From NCBI GenBank assembly GCA_013416795.1, contig RQSC01000842.1, positions 1 through 36,726 on the forward strand: DNA of 36,726 nucleotides, in the 5' to 3' direction. The notes under the pieces were generated by a model, which had not been told where the DNA came from, ran no database searches, and saw only the letters and a list, made by a program, of their open reading frames with translations. The translations under genes were made by a program, and so were the position numbers. The stretch is from Prasinococcaceae sp. CCMP 1430 (taxonomy: Eukaryota; Plantae; Prasinodermophyta). Below, in pieces: positions 9,373-17,200 of the stretch (its first letter is position 1; every line of letters begins with the position of its first letter).

Positions 9373-9784
9373 TGCGCCCTGCGCCCCCTCCCCCTCCCAC
9401 CCTCCCCACCACCAGCACACCTCCCCGCGCGCCCGCGCGCGCACACGCGCGCGCGCGCTGAACGCCGGGTCGGAGCCGGCGCCGCCCGCCGCCATCCGGA
9501 GCCGCGCACGCTCGTGCGCGCTCACGGACGCACGCACATGCGACGCCCGCGCGCCTCACCCTCCAGTGTGCCCTGAGCAGCCGCCGGCGCCCGCAGCGCG
9601 CCGCCAGAGCGGTGTGCCGCCACCACCACCGTCACCACCACCTCGGCGCCCGCCGCCGCCACGCTCCCAGCCGCCGCCGCCAAGTCGCAGCACGGGGTTT
9701 GCACCGTGAGGTTCGGGTTTATAGTTAGGGTGTAAATAACGGGTTTATTCGTTAGCAATGAGCTACTATATGAGAGCATGCGGG

Positions 9785-9795
9785 CACACACACGT

Positions 9796-9843
<48 letters not shown>

Positions 9844-9865
9844 GCGCGCGCACGCACGCGCACGC
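9785..9865. repeat. (CA)n microsatellite grading into a (CG)/(CACG) alternating tract
   Basis: Uninterrupted CA run at about 9797-9839, flanked by CACG/CG alternation. Confidence 0.9.
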
Positions 9866-10024
9866 ATCCTTGCATGGACGGGCACGCACATGCTGTGGCT
9901 GTCAGTGCTGCCACTGTCTGTGGTGGCGCGCCGCGCGCGAGCGCGCACTCAGGGTCTGCAAGACTGCAAGTGGCCATTTGGCTGCCCGCGAGCGCCCCCA
10001 CGCTGCGCGGGGCGCACATCAATC

Positions 10025-10846
10025 ATGGCGGCGCCCGTTGCGTGCGGCTGGTCGCTAGCTGCCGGCCACGTGCGGCCGACTGCGCTGCGGGGCCGCGTGC
10101 TGCGGCTGCGGCGTCGGTGCGTACCGAGGGCCTCGGCGAGCTCCGACCAAGAGCCTCGGGACGGCCGCGGCGGGCCCGAGGGCGCGCGCGGTGGGGCGGC
10201 GAAGCAACTTACCAAGCGCAACGTGGAGCGAGTGCTAGTCTCCTCCCGCCTCATTGTGCTCCTCGGGGTGTTTCCAACGTTGTGCGCGAGTGCCCTGGAG
10301 TTTTTGAGCGGCGGTCGGACCGTGTTTTTGTCCGCGTCAGATCTGTTCCTCGAGCCTCCCGAGAGCGCCGAGGCGCTGAGCGCCGCCGCGGTGTCCGCGG
10401 TCGACCAATTTCTGGTGAGCGCATGCGTGGTGCCGGTGGATCGCGACTTCTAGGTGTCCACCTGTTTGACTGCGAACTGACTGCGAACTGACTGAGTACA
10501 TGCGCGTCCATCGCCCGCGCCCACACCACTGCCGCAGCTTGGAACGGTGCTGTACATCTTCGCGGCAGGCGTGTACGAGATCTTCGTGTCTCCGCTGACA
10601 GACGATGTCCTTGGGAGCGCTGCCAGTGCGCCGTGGATTGGTGAGAGCAAGACCACGCTCGAAAATCTCAAGCTGCGTCTCGGGCAAGTCATCGTGGTCA
10701 TTCTGCTAGTCAGAATTGTGGACGGCGCCAAGGCAGTGACGATCGAGAGCACGCTCGATTTGGTCCTCCTTGCGCTGGCGGCAGCGCTGGGCTCGCTCGC
10801 GCTTCGCCTCTCCATCGGCGACTACGTCGACTCCCCAGACCGCTAA
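10025..10846 (+). CDS. UPF0114 (YqhA) family membrane protein, probably plastid-targeted; exons 10025-10414 and 10538-10846
   Basis: VERVLVSSRLIVLLGV...AVSAVDQFL|LGTVLYIFAAGVYEIFVS...LENLKLRLGQVIVVIL matches UPF0114. Phase-0 GTGAGC...CCGCAG intron at 10415-10537. Transit-like N-terminus. Confidence 0.85.
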
Positions 10847-10874
10847 ATATGTGTACATATAGTACTTGCGTTGT

Positions 10875-10879
10875 TTACA
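10875..10879 (-). terminator. TGTAA poly(A)-type signal downstream of the sHSP gene
   Basis: TTACA on + at 10875-10879, about 200 nt past the sHSP stop. UGUAA is the established chlorophyte polyadenylation signal. Confidence 0.4.
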
Positions 10880-11076
10880 TGACTTCTGGCTCTTCTCGCG
10901 TACGATCAGTGGTAGAAGTTGCAATGCTGTCGCGATCAGCGCGTATACGTAAGCGCGTCTTGCGAGCTTCTATGATGCCGTACTCACCACAAAACGAAAA
11001 GTACACAGGCCGCCGCTCTGGTCGTGAGCGACCAACCTCCTCGGTGCGTCTTTGCTCGCTGAGCTTCGCTCGCTCG

Positions 11077-11793
11077 CTAGTTGGTCTCCTCGTGCCATGG
11101 CACCTCCTCCTCACCGTCGCCGTGCTCGGCCGCGGCCTCCTTCTGCACGACGGGCACTTGCACCGTGAGCACGCCGTGGTCGATCTTAGGCTTGATGCCC
11201 CTGACGGAGTCGTATTCGTCGGGGAGCGTCCACGAGCGGTCGAAGGACGCCCTGAAGGTGCTGCGGCTCGAGTACACCGCGCCACCCTCCTCGTCCTGCG
11301 TGGGCTCGCCGACCTCCTCGTCCTCACGGTTGGCGCGCACGCGGAGGACGTTGTCCTTGATGGTCACCTTGGTGTTCTCCTTGTGGCAGCCGGGCAGCTC
11401 GATGCGCACTGTGTAGTCTCCCGGGTTGTCGCCGCCGTCCGCTTGCAGCACGTCCGTGCGCCCCCAGCCGCCGAAGTGGCTGGCCGCGTCGGGCACGCCC
11501 GCGATCGCCGACGGGGCCACCTCATCGAGCATCTTGAGCATGTTGTTGAAGTCACGCAACGGGCTGAGCATGCCCATCGGCATCAGGTCGGAGTTGCGGT
11601 CGAACAGCGAGGGCCCCACCGCGCCCGGCCCGAACTCGTCGAAGAGCGAAAGCGGCGCCCGACCGCCGCGCATGCGGCGGCGGCGCGCCAGGCCGCCGCG
11701 GCCCTCCATCGGAGCCTGCGCGGCCGCCTGGCGCGCCCACCTCGAGGCCGCCGGGCGGCGCACGAGGCGCGCGGCGATCGTCACGGCGGACAT
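11077..11793 (-). CDS. Small heat-shock protein (HSP20/alpha-crystallin domain), organelle-targeted HSP21-like
   Basis: YTVRIELPG..KENTKVTIKDNVLRV and FDRSWTLP...IKPKIDHGVLTVQVP are alpha-crystallin motifs. Met-rich helix MPMGMLSPLRDFNNMLKMLD resembles the conserved region III of organellar sHSPs. Arg-rich presequence; ATG at 11793. Confidence 0.92.
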   Translation of the reverse strand: MSAVTIAARLVRRPAASRWARQAAAQAPMEGRGGLARRRRMRGGRAPLSLFDEFGPGAVGPSLFDRNSDLMPMGMLSPLRDFNNMLKMLDEVAPSAIAGVPDAASHFGGWGRTDVLQADGGDNPGDYTVRIELPGCHKENTKVTIKDNVLRVRANREDEEVGEPTQDEEGGAVYSSRSTFRASFDRSWTLPDEYDSVRGIKPKIDHGVLTVQVPVVQKEAAAEHGDGEEEVPWHEETN

Positions 11794-12004
11794 TCTCCTC
11801 GCGAGGATCCGAGTCGTCGCTCCCAGGCCCAGCAAGTGCGCGTGGCGTACGCGGTGTGGCACCCCGCCTCCCCCCCCCCCCCCTGGCAACGCGCTGCTGC
11901 TTGTTCCCGCGCGCCCGTTGCGTACCGCCGCGACCGCGCGCACATCAAAACGCATTGGATCCGCGCGTCGGCCCGCACAGCCGCGCCGATATGCGCAGCT
12001 CTCT

Positions 12005-12019
12005 GGAAGCTTCGAGAAA
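12005..12019. promoter_or_regulatory. Perfect heat-shock element (nGAAn-nTTCn-nGAAn)
   Basis: gGAAg cTTCg aGAAa, about 210 nt upstream of the sHSP ATG. Confidence 0.85.
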
Positions 12020-12055
12020 ATCAACGCGGGCGTGAGCGTCTTTGGGGTTTTGGTG

Positions 12056-12064
12056 TTAGGGTTT
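12056..12064. promoter_or_regulatory. Telo-box (AAACCCTAA on minus strand) upstream of sHSP
   Basis: TTAGGGTTT read directly. Confidence 0.5.
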
Positions 12065-12191
12065 GAGTTCGGCGCGCGCTGTGTGCGAGTTCATGTGCGA
12101 CGCGCGCGGGGGTGCGACCCCGCAGGCTCCGTGGGTAACGGTTCGCACGGGAGCGCCTAGTGATCCCGACGTGGCGGAGGGTTCCCCCTGG

Positions 12192-12206
12192 GGAAGCTTC
12201 TCGAGG
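12192..12206. promoter_or_regulatory. Second, imperfect heat-shock element
   Basis: gGAAg cTTCt cGAGg (one mismatch in the third unit); shares GGAAGCTTC with the proximal HSE. Confidence 0.65.
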
Positions 12207-12345
12207 GGGCGCGTCGACGGAGGGGCCAGCGTGCGGGCAGGCGGGCAGAGCCCGCGCGCGCTGTCTGCGCGCGCGCGCGTGCCCATTGACTGGACCGAGT
12301 CCAAGCGAGTTGTGCAAGATGGCGGTGCACGTGCCGATTCGTGCG

Positions 12346-12350
12346 TTACA
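12346..12350 (-). terminator. TGTAA poly(A)-type signal downstream of the EGF-repeat gene
   Basis: TTACA on + at 12346-12350, just past the stop at 12364. Confidence 0.45.
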
Positions 12351-12363
12351 GCCGTCGACCGTG

Positions 12364-13338
12364 CTAGGCGCCGAGGTCCGCTGTGTCGTCCAGCATGCTG
12401 CTGTCGTGGCGTCTGTTGGCGACGGGGGGCAGCGCGTCTGCTGCCTGCGGCTTCACCTGCGACGCGCGCGGTAAGTCCCCGCCGTTGCCGAGCTCCAGTT
12501 CGACGTGGTCGTCCTGGACGTCGTCGAGCAGCGGCTTGAACAGCGGCGCGCCCTCCTTCTCGCGCTTCACCATGAAGGTAGCGAACGCCACGGCCACCGC
12601 GGCGACAATCGCGGCAATGACGCCGATCACCACAGCGGCCGTGCTGTCGCCGCCGCCACCATCCGCGCCTTCGTCCGGCAAGAACAGCGCGGTGGCCTTC
12701 TCGCAGTGCCGACCGGTGTACCCATCAACGCAGTCGCACTCGCTCTTGCCCCGGCATCCCAGGCTCGAGTCGGCCATGCAGTAGTGTTTGATGGTGTCGT
12801 ACTTGGTCTTCTCGCATATGACAATCTCGTGCTCGCAGTGCGCACCGGTGAAGCCCTCGGGGCAGCTGCAGCTGATGGCCGCATTGCACGCCCTTGTGTC
12901 GTACGTCCCCCCGTGGCAGAAGTACATGCCCGTGCGCGCGGGGTGCGTCTTGTCCTCCTTGCACACCCCACCGCCATTGTTGCACTCCGTCTCACCGTTG
13001 CCGTGCACCCACGCGGTGCCGCGCGTCGAGCACGTGGCCCCATTGTCCAGACACCACACTCCCGTGCCGCAGTCGACGGTCGGTACCTCGCACTCGGCGC
13101 CAGTGTAGGTCGGGCCGAGCGCCCAGTGCGTGTTGCAGATGCACCGGGGAGCGCCGTCGGGTCCGGTGCCGCACGCCGTGCCCTCGTCGGTGTGTTGGCA
13201 CACGAGGCCCTCGCCGCCGCAGGCCACGCTCGCGGCAAACGCAGGGGGCGCGGCGCAGACTAGGGCTCCTGCGACTGCAGCGGCGGCGGCCACCGCGAGC
13301 ACCCCGCGTCCCCGCGCCGTCCGGCTGGACCGCGCCAT
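12364..13338 (-). CDS. Type I membrane protein with EGF-like repeats
   Basis: Signal peptide (VLAVAAAAAVAGALVCAAPPAFA). Three CxC...TG..CE EGF endings (CICNTH...YTGAECE, CSCPEGFTGAHCE, CDCVDGYTGRHCE). TM AVVIGVIAAIVAAVAVAFATFMV and a roughly 70 aa cytoplasmic tail. ATG at 13338. Confidence 0.88.
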   Translation of the reverse strand: MARSSRTARGRGVLAVAAAAAVAGALVCAAPPAFAASVACGGEGLVCQHTDEGTACGTGPDGAPRCICNTHWALGPTYTGAECEVPTVDCGTGVWCLDNGATCSTRGTAWVHGNGETECNNGGGVCKEDKTHPARTGMYFCHGGTYDTRACNAAISCSCPEGFTGAHCEHEIVICEKTKYDTIKHYCMADSSLGCRGKSECDCVDGYTGRHCEKATALFLPDEGADGGGGDSTAAVVIGVIAAIVAAVAVAFATFMVKREKEGAPLFKPLLDDVQDDHVELELGNGGDLPRASQVKPQAADALPPVANRRHDSSMLDDTADLGA

Positions 13339-13456
13339 GGTGTACCTGTGGGCAGCCCCCTCTTCTGCGGCCGACGGCTCGACGGCGGGCGCGCGCGTTG
13401 GCGCTGACGGCCGTGCCCCGCCCACCCTGCGCAGCCGGCGAGGTGTGGAGCACCCC

Positions 13457-13480
13457 TTTCTCTCTCTCTCTCTCTCTCTG
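13457..13480. repeat. (CT)n microsatellite upstream of the EGF gene
   Basis: Read directly. Confidence 0.8.
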
Positions 13481-14213
13481 TGCCTCTCTTCCGCACATGC
13501 ATTGGCCTTGGCACTCCTCTCTCGCGCGTTCGCGCGCGCACGCGCATATGCGCGCGCCCGCGCGCGCACACGCGCGCGCGCGCTGTGGCCACGCGCGCGC
13601 GCGCGCTATCGCCGCCGCGATTCCGATTCTCTCTCGCGCGCCCACCCTCCCCTCACGTCTATCCAATCCCCAGCTAAATTCAAAAAGTGCGCCAATCAAT
13701 CGACGGTGCGCACGTCCTCGATCGATGGATTGATTTGATTGATGCGCCCAGCCAACCAATGTCATTTGACCTATCGCAGGGGCGCCTCGACCGGCAGAGA
13801 GATCCGCATCTCCACAGCTCAGCAGCGCTTCATCGCGTTGACTCTCGCGGCAGCGAGACCGTCAATCGAAGCAAACCTGTTGTCGCCAAGAACGACAGTT
13901 GCGGTAGATTCGAGCTTGGTTAAGGGTTAGACTATAATAGGGTTAGGGCAGGTCGCGCGCATATGCGCGTATGTGCATGCGCGCAGGCCAGGCCAGGCCC
14001 CCGCCGGCGCCAGGTACAGGCCGGCCGGGCCGCCGCCGGCCAGGCCGCGCTGCGGCCAGGGCGCAGCCGGGGCGGGTGCCTGGCGTCTGCTGCCGCTGGG
14101 TGGGTTGTGTTGGCTTCCAATGGGATCGTGTTCGCATTTATGTGTGGGGTTAGGCCCTTGAGCTACGTGCTCGCTCGCCAGCTAGAGTGGAAAGCTGCCG
14201 GCGAGGCGAGCTC

Positions 14214-17200
14214 CTAGCCGAGGGGCGGCAGGGGCGCGCTCTTCGCGACGCCAGCATCAATGCGCTCAGTGACCGTCACCAAGACCTTGTCTAGACCCAT
14301 GCGCCGCACGTGCGACGAGCTGGAGCCGGGCGACGCGCGGGGCGCCGGCGAGCGGGCGGGCGGCGGGGACCGCAGGGGCGAGCCCGCCGGCGTGCGCCGG
14401 GCAGGGGAACGCGGGGGCGACGGCAGGGGCCCGCGCGCGGGACTCATCGCGTCCGTCGCCTGCGCCGAGGCCGCTGAGGCCGCCTTGGCGCCACCGCGGG
14501 CTCCCGCGGTGAATATGGCTACGCCCGCGCCGGCGACCGCACCCGCGATGCCTCGCAGTGCGCGGAACGGCTGGAGCAGCTCGCGCCCCGCTCCCTCAGG
14601 CCTCTTCGCGCTGGCCTCGCCGCCATTCGCGCCGACGTCGGCGCTCCCGCCGTCACTGGGAGTCGCCTGTCCGGTGCCCGCTGCGGCGGAAGCTGGAGCA
14701 CCCACCCCAGTGCTCTCCTGCGGCTGCGCAGATTGCTCCGGTCGATGCTCGCGCCGGCCCGCCGCCAGGCGCGCCTGCTGCTGCTGGACTCTGCTCAGCT
14801 GCGCGCGCGCGCGCCCGAGCTCCGTGGCCGTCTCCTTGTGCTCCTTGGACGCCTTCGCGAGCTCGCGCTTGCGCTTGTGCGCAGCCGCGGACATCGCGGC
14901 GATGGCTTTCTCGCGCTTGCCGATCTCAGCTTTGGCGCCTGCGAGCTGCTTGGCGAGGGCATCTGCATGCATCTTCGACCGGGCGAGCTCGCCGCGATGC
15001 ACTCGCTCCGCGTTCGCGAGCTCAGCCCGATGCTCGCGCGCGGTGCCCGATGCGGCCCTGAGCTCGCTCGCGAGCCGCTTCACGTCGGCTTCCGAGCGCG
15101 CGCGCGTGTTCTTGAGCGATTCCGACAAGCGCTTGGCACTCTCGCGCGACTTTTCCAGCTCCGCGCGCAGCCTGGCCACGTCTTTCTTCGAAGCAGCCAC
15201 GCCCGCCTTGGCATTGTCCACCTCAGCCCTCGACTTCTGCTCAGCGCTCGCCTGCGCACCCTGCAGGTCTGTCCGCAGCGAGCATAGCTGGGTCTCTAGC
15301 TCCGCGGCGGCGGCCTTGTACCGATCGCCGTCGGCGACAGCACTCCTGAGCCGCCCGTCGACCTCCGCCAGCTCTGACTGCGCGGTGACCCTCCCTGCCC
15401 GCTCGACTTCGAGCTGTGCGCGCACAGCATTGAGCTGCGACTCGTTGGCCTCCGCCTCGCTCGCTGCGGCCGCCACGGTCGAGCGCAACATCTCCTCGGC
15501 GGTGGTGGCTGCCGCCGTCCGTGCGGTCTCCGCGTCGGCGCGCGCGGTCTCCGCGTCGGCGCGTGCGGCCTCCGCGTCGGCGCGCGCGGCCTCCGCGTCG
15601 GCGCGCGCGGCCCCCAGAGCAATCTCGAGGCGCGCCCTCTCCGTGCGGGCACTCGCGAGCTCCTTCTGCAGTTCGGACACGGTCGAGCCACTTGACGCAA
15701 GCTCACCGTCGACGCGCGCGGCCGCCGCCGCCATCCCCTCCAGCTCACCACGCAGCTTCTCCTTCTCGGCCTGAGCGGCGCGCATCTCGACCTCCGCCGC
15801 GTCCCTGCCTGCCAGCGCGGCCTGCGTCTGCTCCTCCGCGCTCTCCTTGTCAGCGCGCGCAATCTTGAGCTCCTCGCTCAACTGCTCGAGAGTGGCCTCG
15901 AAGCCCGAGTTGGTGTCATTGACTGCGTCCAGCGCGCCCTTGAGGCCCGACTTCACCTCCGTGACCACCTTCAGCTCGTTCTGAGCCTCTTCCTTCATCT
16001 TGGTCGTGGTCGCGAGCTCTGCTGCAAGTGCCTCGAGCGTAGATTCGACGGTCGCCTTGGCCTCGGCCACGGCACTCAGCTCCGCGCGCAACGCGCGCTC
16101 CGTGCCGGCGCTCTCGTCGACGGCGGCTTTCAGCATTTCATTCGCCCGATCCAATTCAGACTCGGCACGCGCCCTGGCTTCTCCCACCGCGCACAGCTCG
16201 TCGCGCAAGGCACGCTCGATGTCGGTGCGGGCTTGAACGGTAGCGTCTAGCTTCTCCTCAGCGGCGCTGAGCTTTGCGTCGACGCTTGCTTTGGCCCCGA
16301 CCACTGCGGCCAGCTCAGCCTCGATGCTGGCCTTGGCCTCGGCGAGCGCCTTGAGCTCGGCACGCCAGCCGGTTTCGCTGTCCTCGCTTGCTCGTCTCTT
16401 CGCCGCTATGGCCTCGGTGGCCGTTTTGAGCTCGCCCTCGACGCCGGCTTTGGCTGCTGTGAGCGCAATGACTTCAGTCCTGAGGGTCCGCACGTCTCCG
16501 ACGAGCTCAGTGTTGGTCTCCTTCATCGCAGCGAGTTCCCCTCGGAGAGCTTCCTCAGTCGCGCGGTGGGCCTCCTTCATGGCCGAGATCTCTCCTTCGG
16601 CAGTGGCGTGATCTACATCCGCGTTGGCTGCAGCTTTCGCACTCATCTCCGCCAACTCGAACTCCATGCTCGAATTTGCGGCGGCTGCATCGGCGAGCTT
16701 ATGCTCGAGGCGCCTCGTGTCATCAAGCGTCGCCTTCAGCTCGCCCTCTGCTCGGCTCTTCGCAGCCATTGCTCCATGCAGCGACGTCTCGATTACCTGT
16801 ATGGAAGCCGTCGCGACGCCGAGCTCAGCCTCAGCGTTGGCCTTCGCCTCGGAGATAGCTCGCAGCTTCGTGCGTAGGTTTGCGTTGGCCTCAGCGAGTG
16901 CCTCCAGCTCCCGCTCTGCCGCGTCGCGCGCGTCCTCAACGTCCAGCTTGCGCGCTCGGAGCGCGTACAGCTCACCCTCGGCCTTCGCGCGCCCCTCAGC
17001 CTCCAAGCGCAACTTCGCCTTGGTCACCTCCAACGCGCTCTGGGCAACGAGCTGAGCGGCGCGCGCCTGCTCGAGCTCGGCATCGCCGACCGAGATGGAT
17101 TCCTGCGTTTGCGGAGGGGTGCATTCGGACGCCCCATAGGCTTCTTCTTGCCACTCTAGACCCTTCTTCGCAGGAGTCGAGGGCGAGTCGCCGCCCTCAG

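Noticed and set aside
3980-13667. ATCCAAT motif at 3980, 11954 (reverse) and 13661 as a CCAAT-box system
   Set aside because: One of the three copies is in a convergent 3' region, and three 7-mers are too few to distinguish from chance.
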